Counted from the stretch's first letter, positions 1-11,948 are shown. The stretch is 64,000 nucleotides of DNA from an uncultured Pelagibacteraceae bacterium (GCA_902584995.1 CACICF010000004.1:13960-77959), one strand, 5' to 3'. Numbers and translations: made by a program. Notes: generated by a model from the letters alone, not told the origin.

Positions 1-2
1 TG

Positions 3-1397
3 GAGGACTACCTTGCCGGTAAAGATATATCAGAAAAAGATTTAATAGAATGTATAAGAAAAGGATGTTTGGGTTTTGATTTTGTTCCTGTTCTTACTGG
101 TTCAGCATTCAAAAATAAAGGTGTGCAACCGCTTTTAGATGCAGTGGTAAATTATTTACCTAGTCCTGAGGATATCGGTTTTATCAAGGGCACAAAACCA
201 GGTTCAGAAGATGAGATAGAAATGAAATTTGATGATAATGCTCCATTTTCTGCTCTTGCTTTTAAAGTTGCAAATGACCCATTTGTAGGAAGTCTAACAT
301 TTATAAGAATATACTCAGGAACAGTAAAATCAGGCACTGGAATTTACAATACATCTAAGGATAAAGAGGAAAGAGTTGGAAGAATGCTTTTAATGCATGC
401 CAATTCTAGAGAAGATATTAAAGAGGCAAATGCTGGAGATATAGTAGCTCTCGCAGGATTAAAAAATACTATTACTGGACATACACTTGCAAATAAAGAT
501 ACACCAGTACTACTTGAACCAATGGAATTTCCTGACCCAGTAATTGAAATTGCTGTAGAACCAAAAACAAAAGCAGATCAAGAAAAAATGGGAGAAGCAT
601 TGGGTAGATTGGCCAAGGAAGATCCATCTTTTAGAGTAACTTCTGATGAAGAGTCAGGACAAACAATCATAAAAGGTATGGGCGAATTACATTTAGATAT
701 TATCGTTGATAGAATGAAAAGAGAATTCAAAGTAGAAGCTAACGTTGGGGCACCCCAAGTTGCTTATAGAGAAACTATATTATCTCCAGCGGAAAACGAT
801 TATACTCATAAAAAACAAAGCGGTGGAGCGGGACAATTTGCAAGAGTAAAACTTACCGTTGAACCCCTTGAGCCCGGAAAAGGTAGAGAAATAGAAAGCA
901 AAATTAAAGGTGGAGCAATTCCAAAAGAATTTATCCCAGGCGTTGAAAAAGGTGTGGAGACGGTTGCTGATGGAGGAATATTAGCGGGATTTCCACTAAT
1001 TGATTATAAAGTAACAATAGTCGATGGTCTTCATCACGACGTTGACTCAAGCGTACTTGCCTTTGAACTTGCTTCAAGACAATGCTTCAAAGAAGCTTGT
1101 ACCAAAGCAACTTTAAAATTATTAGAACCCATAATGAGAGTAGAAGTTGTTACCCCTGAAGATTACATGGGTGATGTAATTGGTGATTTAAATAGTAGAC
1201 GAGGACAAATAAGCACTCAAGAACAAAGAGGTAATGCTACAGTGATAACAGCAATGGTGCCATTAGCTAACATGTTTGGCTATATTAATAATTTAAGATC
1301 AATGTCTCAGGGTAGAGCACAATATTCGATGTTTTTTGATCATTATGACAAAGTACCACAAAATGTTCAAGATGAGGTTACAAAAAAAACAGGTTAA
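3..1397 (+). CDS. fusA: Elongation factor G (5'-truncated by the window edge)
   Basis: The frame is open from position 3. EF-G motifs [33 protein letters not shown] and [11 protein letters not shown] are present. Confidence 0.98.
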   Translation, partial: EDYLAGKDISEKDLIECIRKGCLGFDFVPVLTGSAFKNKGVQPLLDAVVNYLPSPEDIGFIKGTKPGSEDEIEMKFDDNAPFSALAFKVANDPFVGSLTFIRIYSGTVKSGTGIYNTSKDKEERVGRMLLMHANSREDIKEANAGDIVALAGLKNTITGHTLANKDTPVLLEPMEFPDPVIEIAVEPKTKADQEKMGEALGRLAKEDPSFRVTSDEESGQTIIKGMGELHLDIIVDRMKREFKVEANVGAPQVAYRETILSPAENDYTHKKQSGGAGQFARVKLTVEPLEPGKGREIESKIKGGAIPKEFIPGVEKGVETVADGGILAGFPLIDYKVTIVDGLHHDVDSSVLAFELASRQCFKEACTKATLKLLEPIMRVEVVTPEDYMGDVIGDLNSRRGQISTQEQRGNATVITAMVPLANMFGYINNLRSMSQGRAQYSMFFDHYDKVPQNVQDEVTKKTG

Positions 1398-1400
1398 AAA

Positions 1401-1709
1401 ATGGAAAAACAAAATATTAGAATTAAATTGAGAGCTTATGACAATAAAGTATTAGACCAGTCTACTGAGGAAATTGTTAATACAGTAAAACGAACAGGGG
1501 CAAATATTAAGGGCCCAATACCACTACCAACAAAAAAGGAAAGATACACAGTTTTAAGATCCCCCCATATAGATAAAAAAAGTAGAGAACAATTTGAAAC
1601 AAGAACTCATAAAAGATTGATAGATATTATTGAACCAACACCAGCAACAGTAGAAGCTTTGATGAAATTAGACTTAGCTTCAGGTGTAGATGTGGAGATT
1701 AAAATTTAA
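1401..1709 (+). CDS. rpsJ: 30S ribosomal protein S10
   Basis: IRIKLRAYD...GPIPLPT...[14 protein letters not shown]. Confidence 0.98.
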   Translation: MEKQNIRIKLRAYDNKVLDQSTEEIVNTVKRTGANIKGPIPLPTKKERYTVLRSPHIDKKSREQFETRTHKRLIDIIEPTPATVEALMKLDLASGVDVEIKI

Positions 1710-2416
1710 TGAATGAAATTGGATTAATAGGTACAAAAATTGGTATGTCCAGACAATTTTATAAAACTGGACAATCAATTCCAGTAACAGTTTTGAAAGT
1801 AGAGAAAGGAAGAGTAGTGCAGTTAATTAATAAAGAAAAAAGAGGATATAATGCAATACAACTTGGCTTTGGAAAAATAAAAAATTCAAAACTAACAAAG
1901 GCAATGAAAGGTTACTTTTCAAAAAAAAATACTGAGCCAAAAAGAATTTTAAAAGAGTTTAGAGTAAAAAGCATTGAAGATTACAAAGAAGGAAATGAAT
2001 TTGGTATCGAAATTTTTAAAGATTCAAAATTTTTAGATGTAAGATCAAAAACTATAGGAAAAGGATTTGCTGGAGCAATGAAACGACATAACTTTGGTGG
2101 ATTAAGAGCTTCCCACGGTGTTTCAATATCACATAGAGCCCATGGATCAACTGGACAAAACCAAGACCCAGGAAAAGTATTCAAGGGAAAAAAAATGGCT
2201 GGACATATGGGTGATAAACTGAGATCTGTACAAAATCTTGAAATTGTAAAAACAGATTTAGAGAACGGATTAATTTATTTAAAAGGGTCAATACCAGGAT
2301 CAAAAAATTCTGAAGTCTTGTTAAAGAAAGCTGTTAAAAACATAAAAAAATTAACAATAAATGAAAAAATTGAAATTTTAGAAAAATCCAAGAAATCTAA
2401 AGATAAAAAGAAATAA
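1709..2416 (+). CDS. rplC: 50S ribosomal protein L3
   Basis: GKGFAGAMKRHNF, GKKMAGHMG; S10 operon position. Confidence 0.98.
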   Translation: MNEIGLIGTKIGMSRQFYKTGQSIPVTVLKVEKGRVVQLINKEKRGYNAIQLGFGKIKNSKLTKAMKGYFSKKNTEPKRILKEFRVKSIEDYKEGNEFGIEIFKDSKFLDVRSKTIGKGFAGAMKRHNFGGLRASHGVSISHRAHGSTGQNQDPGKVFKGKKMAGHMGDKLRSVQNLEIVKTDLENGLIYLKGSIPGSKNSEVLLKKAVKNIKKLTINEKIEILEKSKKSKDKKK

Positions 2417-2419
2417 TAT

Positions 2420-3040
2420 ATGAAAATAGATAAACATAAAATTGATGGTAAAAAAGAAACGATTGAAGTATCAGATAAGATTTTTGCTGCAAAAGTAAAC
2501 AATAAATTAGTCAGTAACGTGCTCTATAAAACTAATGCAAATTACAAAGGAAGAAAGGCTAAAACCAAACAAAAAAATGAAATTACTGGATCAACGTCAA
2601 AAATATATGCTCAAAAAGGAACAGGAAATGCCAGACATGCAAGTAAAAAGGCCCCAATCTTTGTTGGTGGTGGTGTAGCGCATGGACCAAAAGGTCAGAA
2701 AAGCTACAAAAAAAGAAAATTAAACAAAAGTGAAAAAAAGCTAAGCATTGCGTCATTGATATCTAAAAAAAATAAACTAGATCAATTGTTAATTTTGGAT
2801 GATTTCCAAAAAGAAATTTTGAAAACAAAAGAAATGTTTAATATTCTAAATAAATTTGATGCCAACAATTCAATTATTATAGCAGATAGTAATTCAAAAA
2901 GTAATATAATCAAATCAGTAAGAAATATTCCAAATGTTAAAATTACAGACATCAATCATTTTAGCGCTTACGACTTAGCCAAGTTTAAAAAAATTATTTT
3001 TACAGAAACATCAATTAAAGAATTAGAAAAAAGATATTAA
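2420..3040 (+). CDS. rplD: 50S ribosomal protein L4
   Basis: QKGTGNARHAS...GGGVAHGP. Confidence 0.97.
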   Translation: MKIDKHKIDGKKETIEVSDKIFAAKVNNKLVSNVLYKTNANYKGRKAKTKQKNEITGSTSKIYAQKGTGNARHASKKAPIFVGGGVAHGPKGQKSYKKRKLNKSEKKLSIASLISKKNKLDQLLILDDFQKEILKTKEMFNILNKFDANNSIIIADSNSKSNIIKSVRNIPNVKITDINHFSAYDLAKFKKIIFTETSIKELEKRY

Positions 3041-3042
3041 TT

Positions 3043-3336
3043 ATGGAAAAATTACATTTATACGACAAAATTTTATCCCCTATAGTTACTGAAAAATCAA
3101 CTAATCTTTCAGAGCAAAATAAAATTATGTTTAAAGTTCATAAAAAAGCAAATAAAAAAAATTTGAAAAGTAACATAGAAAAAATTTTTAAAGTAAATGT
3201 TACTAAAGTTAATATTATAAATAAAAAAACAAGATTTAAAACTACAAGAGGAAAAAAAGTGAGAGTTAAAGGCTACAAAAAAGCAGTAATAACACTAAAA
3301 AAAGGTCAGAATATAGATCTTACAACAGGAATATAA
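3043..3336 (+). CDS. rplW: 50S ribosomal protein L23
   Basis: PIVTEKS...YKKAVITL. Confidence 0.97.
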   Translation: MEKLHLYDKILSPIVTEKSTNLSEQNKIMFKVHKKANKKNLKSNIEKIFKVNVTKVNIINKKTRFKTTRGKKVRVKGYKKAVITLKKGQNIDLTTGI

Positions 3337-3339
3337 AAA

Positions 3340-4173
3340 ATGGCATTAAAAACATTTAAACCTTATACAAAATCTACAAGAGGAACTATACTAGTAAGCA
3401 AAGAAGGTTTATGGAAGGGTAAACCATTTAAAGCCTTAACATCACCAAACAATGCATCTAAAGGAAGAAACAATTATGGAAGAATAACCTCAAGAAATCA
3501 TGGCGGTGGACATAAGCATAAATATAGAAAAATAGACTTTTATAGAAAAAAAACAAAAATTACTGCTGTAGTTGAACGTATTGAATACGATCCAAATAGA
3601 TCGTGTCATATTATGTTAGTAAAATTTGATGATGGTGAGAGATTTTATTACTTAGCTCCAAAAGATATAAAAATCGGTGATAAAATTGAAAATGGATCAA
3701 GTTCAGAAATTAAAGTCGGTAATTGTTTGCCTTTGAAAGATATACCTGTTGGCATGGACATACATAATGTTGAGATCAATCCTGGTGGAGGTGGAAAAAT
3801 TGCAAGATCAGCTGGAACATCTGTTTCAATATCGGGTATAGACGGAAATTACTCAATAATTAAAATGACATCAGGCGAAGTAAGAAAAATTAATTCAAAT
3901 TCAATGGCCACTATAGGTGTATTATCTAACCCAGACCAAAAAAATATCAAAATAGGAAAGGCTGGTAGATCTCGATGGTTAGGAATAAGGCCACATACAA
4001 GAGGTGTAGTAAAAAATCCAGTCGATCATCCACATGGTGGTGGTGAAGGAAAATCAGCAGGAGGGAGACATCCAGTTTCTCCAACTGGACAATCGGCTAA
4101 AGGTTTAAAAACAAGAGATAATAAAAGAACAGATAAATTTATAATTAGAAGAAGAAAGAAGAAAAGGGCTTAA
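3340..4173 (+). CDS. rplB: 50S ribosomal protein L2
   Basis: IEYDPNRS, NPVDHPHGGGEG. Confidence 0.98.
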   Translation: MALKTFKPYTKSTRGTILVSKEGLWKGKPFKALTSPNNASKGRNNYGRITSRNHGGGHKHKYRKIDFYRKKTKITAVVERIEYDPNRSCHIMLVKFDDGERFYYLAPKDIKIGDKIENGSSSEIKVGNCLPLKDIPVGMDIHNVEINPGGGGKIARSAGTSVSISGIDGNYSIIKMTSGEVRKINSNSMATIGVLSNPDQKNIKIGKAGRSRWLGIRPHTRGVVKNPVDHPHGGGEGKSAGGRHPVSPTGQSAKGLKTRDNKRTDKFIIRRRKKKRA

Positions 4174-4176
4174 ATT

Positions 4177-4476
4177 ATGGCAAGATCAGTTTGGAAAGGA
4201 CCATTTGTAGAGGATAGTTTGATTAAAAAAGTTGAAAAATTAAAAGATGATGCAGTAAAAAAACCAATAAAAACTTGGTCAAGAAAATCAACAATAATAC
4301 CAGAATTTGTAGGAGTGAGTTTTTTGATTCATAATGGAAAAAAATTTATACCAATAACAATATCTGAAGATATGGTTGGACATAAGTTTGGAGAGTTCGC
4401 GCCAACTAGACAATTTTTTGGTCACACTCCAGCAGATAAAAAAGCAAAAGTTGAAGGTGGAACTGCAAAAAAATAA
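4177..4476 (+). CDS. rpsS: 30S ribosomal protein S19
   Basis: [24 protein letters not shown]. Confidence 0.98.
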   Translation: MARSVWKGPFVEDSLIKKVEKLKDDAVKKPIKTWSRKSTIIPEFVGVSFLIHNGKKFIPITISEDMVGHKFGEFAPTRQFFGHTPADKKAKVEGGTAKK

Positions 4477-4871
4477 TGACTAAAATGAAAAAAGAAATTG
4501 ATGCTAAAATTGTTAAATCTGTTAACAAAAATGTTAGGTCTAGCACTAGAAAGCTAAAACCAATATTAAAATCAATAGTTGGAAAAAAAGTAGATATTGC
4601 AATTAGAAATTTGTCATTTTCTGACAAAAGAATTTCAAAGGATATTAAAAAAACTATTTCATCAGCAGTTGCAAATGCAGAAAATAATTATCAATACGAC
4701 ATAGACAAATTAATAGTAAAAGAAGCTTATTGTGGAAAGCAGGTTGTGATGAAAAGATTCAGGGCTAGAGCTAAAGGTAGAGCTGCTGAAATAATGAAGC
4801 CATATTCAAATTTAACAATAATTTTAACTGAACAATCGAAACAAAGTGAGAGTCATGGGGCAAAAAGTTAA
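4476..4871 (+). CDS. rplV: 50S ribosomal protein L22
   Basis: [20 protein letters not shown]. Confidence 0.97.
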   Translation: MTKMKKEIDAKIVKSVNKNVRSSTRKLKPILKSIVGKKVDIAIRNLSFSDKRISKDIKKTISSAVANAENNYQYDIDKLIVKEAYCGKQVVMKRFRARAKGRAAEIMKPYSNLTIILTEQSKQSESHGAKS

Positions 4872-5514
4872 TCCTGTTGGTCTAAGATTGGGTATTAATA
4901 GAGGCTGGGACTCTGTTTGGTATGCTAAGAAAAAAGATTTTGGCAATAACTTAATCGAAGATTTTAAAATAAGAAATTATATAAAAAAGAATGTTATTAA
5001 CTCAGGTGTCTCTAAAGTAATGATTGAGAGGACAACTAAAAAATGTTTTGTTACTATATATACATCTAGACCAGGGTTTGTAATTGGAAAAAAAGGAACA
5101 GATATAGAAAAAATAAAAGGTAATTTATCAAAATTAACTTCAAATGAAGTTGTTTTAAATATTAAAGAGGTTAAAAAACCTGAAACAAACAGCTATCTAG
5201 TTGCTGAAAATATTGCTCAACAACTTGTAAAAAGAGTTTCATATAGAAGAGCAATGAAAAGAGCTATGCAATCAGCCTTAAGATTAGGAGCAAAAGGTAT
5301 AAAAGTATCTATTAGCGGTAGATTGGGAGGAAATGAGATTGCGAGAACTGAATGGTTAAGAGAGGGGAGTATCCCATCTCATACACTTAGAGCTGATATT
5401 GATTATTCTGAGGCAGAGGCTTTAACAACTTATGGGATAATTGGTATTAAGGTATGGATATATAAAGGCGAAATTTTTACTAAAGAATTTAGTCAAGAAA
5501 GGAATAAAGTATAA
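4855..5514 (+). CDS. rpsC: 30S ribosomal protein S3
   Basis: [13 protein letters not shown]; start moved to the ATG at 4855. Confidence 0.98.
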   Translation: MGQKVNPVGLRLGINRGWDSVWYAKKKDFGNNLIEDFKIRNYIKKNVINSGVSKVMIERTTKKCFVTIYTSRPGFVIGKKGTDIEKIKGNLSKLTSNEVVLNIKEVKKPETNSYLVAENIAQQLVKRVSYRRAMKRAMQSALRLGAKGIKVSISGRLGGNEIARTEWLREGSIPSHTLRADIDYSEAEALTTYGIIGIKVWIYKGEIFTKEFSQERNKV

Positions 5515-5515
5515 A

Positions 5516-5923
5516 ATGTTACAACCTACAAGAACAAAATTTAGAAAAGCTCATAAAGGAAGAATACATGGAACAGCATCAAGATGTAATAATATGAATT
5601 ATGGTTCATATGGATTAAAAGCGATACAACCAGAAAGAATAATTTCAAGACAAATTGAGGCCGCAAGGGTAGCTTTAACAAGACATATGAAGAGACAAGG
5701 AAGAGTATGGACAAGAATGTTTCCAAATATACCTGTATCAAAAAAACCAACAGAGGTTAGAATGGGAAAAGGTAAAGGATCACCAGAATTTTGGGCTTGT
5801 AGAGTAAAACCAGGGAGAATCTTATTTGAAGTTGATGGTGTATCTGAACAGATAGCTAAAGAGGCCCTTTATAAAGCTTCTGCAAAATTACCAATAAAAT
5901 GTAAGTTTATCAAAAGAGTATAA
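5516..5923 (+). CDS. rplP: 50S ribosomal protein L16
   Basis: [11 protein letters not shown]...[10 protein letters not shown]; start moved to the ATG at 5516. Confidence 0.98.
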   Translation: MLQPTRTKFRKAHKGRIHGTASRCNNMNYGSYGLKAIQPERIISRQIEAARVALTRHMKRQGRVWTRMFPNIPVSKKPTEVRMGKGKGSPEFWACRVKPGRILFEVDGVSEQIAKEALYKASAKLPIKCKFIKRV

Positions 5924-5924
5924 A

Positions 5925-6113
5925 ATGAAAAAAAAAGAGATTAAAAAATTAACAAATAAACAAAAGCTAGAGAATCTTGAAAAATTTAAAAAAGATTTAT
6001 TTAATTTTAGATTTCAAAAGACAAATGGGCAAATAAAAAGTCCAGCAAAAATTAATGAAACAAAAAAAAATATTGCAAGAATTAAAACATTACTAGAAGG
6101 AAAGAATGCCTAA
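5925..6113 (+). CDS. rpmC: 50S ribosomal protein L29
   Basis: LFNFRFQ...KKNIARIKT; operon position. Confidence 0.95.
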   Translation: MKKKEIKKLTNKQKLENLEKFKKDLFNFRFQKTNGQIKSPAKINETKKNIARIKTLLEGKNA

Positions 6114-6342
6114 AAAGATACTTAATGGAACTGTGGTAAGTGATAAACCAAATAAAACAATTACAGTTATTGTTGAAAGAAAATATCAACATCCAATTTT
6201 GAAAAAAGTAATGAAAGCAAGAAAAAAATATAATGTTCATGACGAAGAAAATAAATTTAAAGTTGGAGATAAGGTATCTATAAGAGAAAGTAGACCATTC
6301 TCAAAAAATAAAAAGTTTGAAGTTATTGGAGATATGAAATGA
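6106..6342 (+). CDS. rpsQ: 30S ribosomal protein S17
   Basis: [14 protein letters not shown]...ESRPFSK. Confidence 0.97.
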   Translation: MPKKILNGTVVSDKPNKTITVIVERKYQHPILKKVMKARKKYNVHDEENKFKVGDKVSIRESRPFSKNKKFEVIGDMK

Positions 6343-6707
6343 TACAAGTTCAAACAGAACTTTTAGTGGCAGATAATACTGGAGCAAAAAAAATTGAGTG
6401 TATAAAAGTATTGGGTGGGTCAAAAAGGAGATATGCGAGTATAGGAGATACAATTGTCGTCGCTGTTAAAGAGGCTATACCAAAGGGAAAAGTAAAAAAA
6501 GGAGCTGTTCACAAAGCTGTAGTTGTGAGAGTTAAAAAGGGAATACATCGAAATGATGGATCAAAAGTTAGATTTGATAATAATGCTGCGGTATTAACAG
6601 ATGATAAAGGTGAACCAATTGGTACTAGAATTTTTGGTCCAGTTACAAGAGAACTTAGAACAAGAGGACAGATGAAAATAATTTCGTTGGCACCAGAGGT
6701 ATTATAA
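6339..6707 (+). CDS. rplN: 50S ribosomal protein L14
   Basis: VADNTGAK...GTRIFGPV...SLAPEVL. Confidence 0.98.
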   Translation: MIQVQTELLVADNTGAKKIECIKVLGGSKRRYASIGDTIVVAVKEAIPKGKVKKGAVHKAVVVRVKKGIHRNDGSKVRFDNNAAVLTDDKGEPIGTRIFGPVTRELRTRGQMKIISLAPEVL

Positions 6708-6946
6708 TGATTAAAAAAGGTATGAAAGTTAAAATTATTGCTGGAAAAGATAAAAATAAAGATGGTGAAGTTATTGAAATTGAAAGAAAGTTTAACAGGG
6801 CAAAAGTAAAGGGAATTAACATGGTAAAAAAGCATGTGAAAACAACTAAAGAAAAAAAAGGTGGAATTATTTCTAAAGAAAACTTTATTCATCTTTCAAA
6901 TTTAAAAAATATAGAAACAAACAAAAAATCAGAGGCTAAAAAATAA
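6707..6946 (+). CDS. rplX: 50S ribosomal protein L24 (short form)
   Basis: KOW motif [18 protein letters not shown]; 79 aa. Confidence 0.95.
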   Translation: MIKKGMKVKIIAGKDKNKDGEVIEIERKFNRAKVKGINMVKKHVKTTKEKKGGIISKENFIHLSNLKNIETNKKSEAKK

Positions 6947-7500
6947 TGGAACCAAGATTGAAAGAATTAATTTTAAAAGAAATTAATCCAAGTCTAAAAG
7001 AAATGTTTGGATATAAAAATTTATACATGGGTCCTAAAATTGAAAAAATTGTCCTTAATATGGGATTAGGATTAGATGGAAATGATTCAAAAATAGTAAG
7101 TTCATGCCAAGAGGATCTTGCTGGTATTACTGGTCAAAGACCAATTATTACAAAATTTAAAAAATCAATAGCCAATTTCAAAACAAGAAAAAATACAAAC
7201 TCAGGTCTGAAGGTGACTTTAAGAAAAAATAAAATGTATGAATTTATTGATAGATTAGTAAATATAGCATTGCCTAGAATAAAAGATTTTAGAGGCTTAA
7301 ATCCCAATGGTTTTGACAAATTTGGTAATTATACATTTGGTATCAAAGAACAAATTATTTTCCCTGAAGTGAATTTTGATAAAGTAGACAAAATAAGAGG
7401 TTTAGATATCACTATTGTAATTAAATCTATGGATATAAAACACAGTTTTGAACTTCTTAAAAAATTAAATTTCCCATTTAAAGATAACAGGAGTAACTAA
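6946..7500 (+). CDS. rplE: 50S ribosomal protein L5
   Basis: [31 protein letters not shown]. Confidence 0.98.
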   Translation: MEPRLKELILKEINPSLKEMFGYKNLYMGPKIEKIVLNMGLGLDGNDSKIVSSCQEDLAGITGQRPIITKFKKSIANFKTRKNTNSGLKVTLRKNKMYEFIDRLVNIALPRIKDFRGLNPNGFDKFGNYTFGIKEQIIFPEVNFDKVDKIRGLDITIVIKSMDIKHSFELLKKLNFPFKDNRSN

Positions 7501-7805
7501 TGGCAAAATTAAGCTCTATAAACAAAAATAATAAAAGAATTAAACTTTCTGATAAATTTTTTAAGAAGAGAGCGAGTTTAAAGAAAATTATCATGAATAA
7601 AAAACTCTCTTTTGAGGAAAGATTTGAGGCACAACAGAAACTATCTAAATTGCCAAGAAACTCTGCTAAAATTAGAGTTAGAAATAGATGTCAAATTACT
7701 GGTAGGCCTCATGGTGTTTATAGAAAATTAAAAATATCAAGAATTGCTTTGAGACAGTTGGGTCTTGAAGGTAAAATTCCTGGAATGGTTAAATCAAGTT
7801 GGTAG
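7500..7805 (+). CDS. rpsN: 30S ribosomal protein S14 (long, Zn-independent type)
   Basis: [12 protein letters not shown]...[11 protein letters not shown]; only one Cys. Confidence 0.97.
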   Translation: MAKLSSINKNNKRIKLSDKFFKKRASLKKIIMNKKLSFEERFEAQQKLSKLPRNSAKIRVRNRCQITGRPHGVYRKLKISRIALRQLGLEGKIPGMVKSSW

Positions 7806-7815
7806 AAAGGATATT

Positions 7816-8211
7816 ATGAGTTTAAGTGATCCAATAGGAGATATGTTAGCAAGAATTAAAAATTCTCAACTAAGAAATCATAAAAATTTAGTACTTCCAT
7901 CATCTAAATTTAAATCAAGAATAGCTGAAATTTTAAAATCTGAAGGATATATAATTGATTATGAGGTAAAAACTGAGGAAAAAAAATCAAATTTATACAT
8001 TAATTTAAAATATAACTCAGGAAATCCAGTTATTAATTCAATTGAAAGGGTGTCTAAACCAGGTAGAAGAATATTTTCAAGTGCAGAAAGCCTACCAAAG
8101 GTTAATAATGGACTTGGCATAGCAATTGTGTCAACACCCAAAGGTGTTATGACAGATATAGATGCAAGAAAAAATAAAGTCGGTGGTGAAATAATTTGTA
8201 AGGTATTTTAA
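7816..8211 (+). CDS. rpsH: 30S ribosomal protein S8
   Basis: MSLSDPIGDMLARIKN, SKPGRR; start moved to the ATG at 7816. Confidence 0.98.
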   Translation: MSLSDPIGDMLARIKNSQLRNHKNLVLPSSKFKSRIAEILKSEGYIIDYEVKTEEKKSNLYINLKYNSGNPVINSIERVSKPGRRIFSSAESLPKVNNGLGIAIVSTPKGVMTDIDARKNKVGGEIICKVF

Positions 8212-8750
8212 TGTCAAAAATTGGTAAAATAAGTATTTCAATTCCAGAAAAAGTTAAAGTAATTCTAAGCGGTAATATAATTAATATTGAGGGACCACTT
8301 GGGAAAAAATCATTAAATATTGATTTAGAAACGTTTGATCTAAATATAAATGATGGCAAAGAAGTTTCAATTAAGCCAAAACAAAATAATCAAAATACTA
8401 AAAGATTGTGGGGAATGAATAGAAGCTTGATTAATAATGCAATTATAGGAACAAGCAAAGGATATGAAAAAATTCTTGAGTTAAATGGAGTTGGCTATAG
8501 AGCGGCGCTTAAAGGAAATGTACTAAATCTTCAGTTGGGCTTCAGCCATGATATAAATTTTAATATTCCAGAAGGGGTAAAAATCCAGGTAGAAAAACAA
8601 AATATTTTAAAAATTACAGGAACAGATAAGCAGCAAGTTGGCATGGTTGCTTCCGAAATTAAAAGTATAAGACCACCCGAACCTTATAAAGGAAAGGGTA
8701 TAAAAGAAAAAGGTCAATATATACTAAGAAAAGAAGGAAAGAAAAAATAA
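8211..8750 (+). CDS. rplF: 50S ribosomal protein L6
   Basis: [17 protein letters not shown]. Confidence 0.98.
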   Translation: MSKIGKISISIPEKVKVILSGNIINIEGPLGKKSLNIDLETFDLNINDGKEVSIKPKQNNQNTKRLWGMNRSLINNAIIGTSKGYEKILELNGVGYRAALKGNVLNLQLGFSHDINFNIPEGVKIQVEKQNILKITGTDKQQVGMVASEIKSIRPPEPYKGKGIKEKGQYILRKEGKKK

Positions 8751-9103
8751 TGAAATTATCAAATTTAGAGAGAAAAAAATTTAGGGTAAGAAACAAGATA
8801 AAGAAAGTTTCTTCAAAAGAAAGATTTAGATTGTGTGTAAATAGGTCAACAAAAAATATTAGTGTTCAAATAATAGATGATACCAAAAATGTTACATTGG
8901 TATCAGCATCTTCAAATACAAAAGATTTAAAATCCCAGAAAAAAAATAAAAAAGAATTATCAATCATAGTAGCTGAAATTATTTCGAAAAAAGCAAAAGA
9001 TATGAAAATAACAAAAGTTTATTTCGATAGAGGAATTTATAAATATCACGGCAGAGTTAAATTATTGGCCGATGAACTTAGAAAAAATGGAATGGAATTT
9101 TAA
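8750..9103 (+). CDS. rplR: 50S ribosomal protein L18
   Basis: [13 protein letters not shown]. Confidence 0.97.
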   Translation: MKLSNLERKKFRVRNKIKKVSSKERFRLCVNRSTKNISVQIIDDTKNVTLVSASSNTKDLKSQKKNKKELSIIVAEIISKKAKDMKITKVYFDRGIYKYHGRVKLLADELRKNGMEF

Positions 9104-9105
9104 AT

Positions 9106-9606
9106 ATGGACAAGAACAATGAGTTTGTAGAAAAATTAGTACATATTAATAGAATAACTAAAGTAGTTAAGGGTGGAAGAAGATTTGGTTTCTCAGCTTT
9201 GGTTGTAGTAGGAAATCAAAATGGAAAAATAGGTGTTGCACATGCTAAAGCAAAACAAGTACCCGACGCAATTAAAAAAGCAAATGAATTAGCTCGAAGA
9301 AATCTTGTTCAAATCCCTTTAAGAGAAGGCAGAACAATTCATCATGATATTTTTGGGAAAGATGGAGCAGGAAAGATTAAATTAAGAGCCGCACCTAAGG
9401 GCACGGGTATAATTGCTGGTGGTGCAGTCAGAGCGGTTTGTGAGGTATTAGGTATAAAGGATATTGTAGCTAAATCTTTGGGTACAGCCAATCCTCATAA
9501 TGTTATTAGAGCATGCATGAAAGCTCTTTCAAATCAAAATTCACCAAAAAATATTTCATTATTAAGAAATAAGAAAATATCTGAGATTATTGAGAAAAGG
9601 GGATAA
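9106..9606 (+). CDS. rpsE: 30S ribosomal protein S5
   Basis: [23 protein letters not shown]. Confidence 0.98.
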   Translation: MDKNNEFVEKLVHINRITKVVKGGRRFGFSALVVVGNQNGKIGVAHAKAKQVPDAIKKANELARRNLVQIPLREGRTIHHDIFGKDGAGKIKLRAAPKGTGIIAGGAVRAVCEVLGIKDIVAKSLGTANPHNVIRACMKALSNQNSPKNISLLRNKKISEIIEKRG

Positions 9607-10064
9607 TGAATATTTTAAACAATACTTCTAGGGTTAAAAGTCCAAAAAAACGTCTGGGTAGAGGCATAGGCTCAGGAAAAGGAAAAACTTCTGGTAGAGG
9701 AATTAAAGGTCAAAAATCAAGATCGGGAGTTGCAATAAAAAGTTTTGAGGGAGGGCAGATGCCTCTTTATAGGAGGTTACCTAAGAGAGGTTTTAATCCA
9801 ATAAATAAAAGTAAAGTTGCAAAAATTAACCTTAATCAGATACAAAATTTTTTAGACAAAAAAAGAATTGATCCACAAAATCAAATTAATCTTGAAATTC
9901 TACAAAAGAGTAAAATAATAAATAAATCATATTTTAAATATAAAATTTTATCAAATGGCGACTTAAAAACGAAAATTAATATTGAGGCTGATTTTTCATC
10001 AAATAGTGCAAAAGAAAAGATAGAAAAATTAGGTGGTGTTTTAAAAATTAAAAATCCTAAATAA
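9606..10064 (+). CDS. rplO: 50S ribosomal protein L15
   Basis: RLGRGIGSGKGKTSGRG, FEGGQMPLYRRLPKRGF. Confidence 0.98.
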   Translation: MNILNNTSRVKSPKKRLGRGIGSGKGKTSGRGIKGQKSRSGVAIKSFEGGQMPLYRRLPKRGFNPINKSKVAKINLNQIQNFLDKKRIDPQNQINLEILQKSKIINKSYFKYKILSNGDLKTKINIEADFSSNSAKEKIEKLGGVLKIKNPK

Positions 10065-10065
10065 T

Positions 10066-11346
10066 ATGAGTGAGTCATCACAAACAAATGATTTAAGAAA
10101 TAGAATCATATTTACAATTTTTATACTCGCAATTTATAGATTAGGAACCTTTGTTCCTCTCCCGGGTATTGACCCAGAACAATTAAAGGTAATGATGGAA
10201 AGCAATCAAACAGGTTTATTGGGTATGTTTAATGTTTTTGCTGGTGGTGCAGTAAGCAGAATGGCAATATTTGCCCTAGGTATAATGCCCTATATTTCAT
10301 CGTCAATCATTGTCCAATTATTAACAGGTGTAACTGATTATTTTAAAAATCTTAAAGCCCAAGGTGAAATTGGAAGACAAAAAATTACACAAATTACTAG
10401 ATATGGAACAGTACTACTTGCAACAGTCCAAGGCTATGGCTTAGCAGTTGGATTAGAATCTTCAGCAGATCTTGTTATAAATCCTGGTATTTTTTTTAAA
10501 ATTTCTACGGTAACTACTATTGTTGCCGGGACAATTTTTTTAATGTGGCTAGGTGAGCAAATCACTCAAAGAGGTATTGGTAATGGAATTTCTTTAATAA
10601 TATTTTCTGGAATTGTAGCAGAAATTCCACGTGCATTAGTTACAACGTTTGAACTAGGACGAACAGGTGCCATATCTACTTTAATGATAATATTTATATT
10701 TGTTTTACTAGTATTAACAATTTTATTTATTGTTTTTATGGAAAGGGCTCTAAGAAAAATACTTATAAATTATCCAAAAAGGCAAATGGGAAATAAAATG
10801 TATGGAGGAGAGTCTAGTCACTTACCGCTTAAAATAAATTCCGCTGGAGTAATACCAGCAATATTTGCATCTGCGTTACTGTTATTACCTGTTACTTTTT
10901 CTAATTTTAATATTTCACAAAATGAAACATTTTTAAACATTTCATCTTATTTTTCACAGGGTCAGCCTCTTTATATGATCCTTTATGCTTCGGGAATTAT
11001 ATTTTTTACATTTTTTTATACATCAATAACATTTAATCCCAATGAGACAGCTGAAAACTTAAGAAAATATGGTGGATTTATTCCAGGAATAAGACCAGGT
11101 GAAAGTACTGCATTATATATTGATAATATTTTAACTAAATTAACTACAATTGGAGCTTTATATTTGACACTAGTTTGTTTGATGCCAGAGTTTCTAATCG
11201 CAAACTATCCAATACCATTTTATTTAGGCGGTGCTTCCGTGTTAATTGTTGTAGTAGTAGCTATTGATACTGTTACACAAGTTCAAACTAGATTAATGAG
11301 CTCTCAATATGAACAATTAATTAAGAAAACAAAATTTGGAAGATAA
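10066..11346 (+). CDS. secY: Preprotein translocase subunit SecY
   Basis: ALGIMPYISSSII, GIGNGISLIIF, FIPGIRPG; multi-TM. Confidence 0.98.
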   Translation: MSESSQTNDLRNRIIFTIFILAIYRLGTFVPLPGIDPEQLKVMMESNQTGLLGMFNVFAGGAVSRMAIFALGIMPYISSSIIVQLLTGVTDYFKNLKAQGEIGRQKITQITRYGTVLLATVQGYGLAVGLESSADLVINPGIFFKISTVTTIVAGTIFLMWLGEQITQRGIGNGISLIIFSGIVAEIPRALVTTFELGRTGAISTLMIIFIFVLLVLTILFIVFMERALRKILINYPKRQMGNKMYGGESSHLPLKINSAGVIPAIFASALLLLPVTFSNFNISQNETFLNISSYFSQGQPLYMILYASGIIFFTFFYTSITFNPNETAENLRKYGGFIPGIRPGESTALYIDNILTKLTTIGALYLTLVCLMPEFLIANYPIPFYLGGASVLIVVVVAIDTVTQVQTRLMSSQYEQLIKKTKFGR

Positions 11347-11352
11347 TTTTAA

Positions 11353-11916
11353 GTGAATGTTATTATATTTGGACCACCAGGCGCAGGCAAAGGAACACAA
11401 GCCAACAATATTGTAAAAAAATTTAATCTTCACCAAATTTCAACTGGTGATTTATTAAGAAATGAGGTTAAAAACAAAACTCAAATTGGTAAAGATATAG
11501 AAAATATAATATCTAAAGGTGATTTTGCAACTGATGAAATTGTAAGTGAATTAATTAAAAATGCAGTTTTTGATATTAAAAAAAAAAATAAACTTATATT
11601 TGATGGATATCCTAGATCCTTAAATCAAGCTAAAATTCTTGACTCATTGTTGAAGGAGTCAAAACAAAAAATTGATTTTATATTTTTTCTTAATGTAAAA
11701 AAGGAGACAATAATTAAAAGAATTGAAAAAAGGAAAATTTTGGAGAAAAGAGCAGATGATGATCTTACTACAATTTTAAAAAGATATGATACATATATGG
11801 ATACAACAAAACCTGTATTAGATTTTTATTCAAAAAATTTAAACTTCTATGAGATTGATGGTGATGAAAAAATTGAGGAAATATCTAATAAAATTGAGCA
11901 AATCTTGTCCGTTTAA
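11353..11916 (+). CDS. adk: Adenylate kinase (short-LID type)
   Basis: GPPGAGKGT, STGDLLR, DGYPR, RADD. Confidence 0.97.
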   Translation: MNVIIFGPPGAGKGTQANNIVKKFNLHQISTGDLLRNEVKNKTQIGKDIENIISKGDFATDEIVSELIKNAVFDIKKKNKLIFDGYPRSLNQAKILDSLLKESKQKIDFIFFLNVKKETIIKRIEKRKILEKRADDDLTTILKRYDTYMDTTKPVLDFYSKNLNFYEIDGDEKIEEISNKIEQILSV

Positions 11917-11920
11917 GACA

Positions 11921-11948
11921 TTGACTTTGAAAGAACTTCTTATATAAA
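11921..11948 (+). promoter_or_regulatory. Putative sigma70 promoter of the rpsM (alpha) operon
   Basis: TTGACT (11921-26), 16-nt spacer, TATAAA (11943-48), in the only sizeable gap of the ribosomal cluster. Confidence 0.6.
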
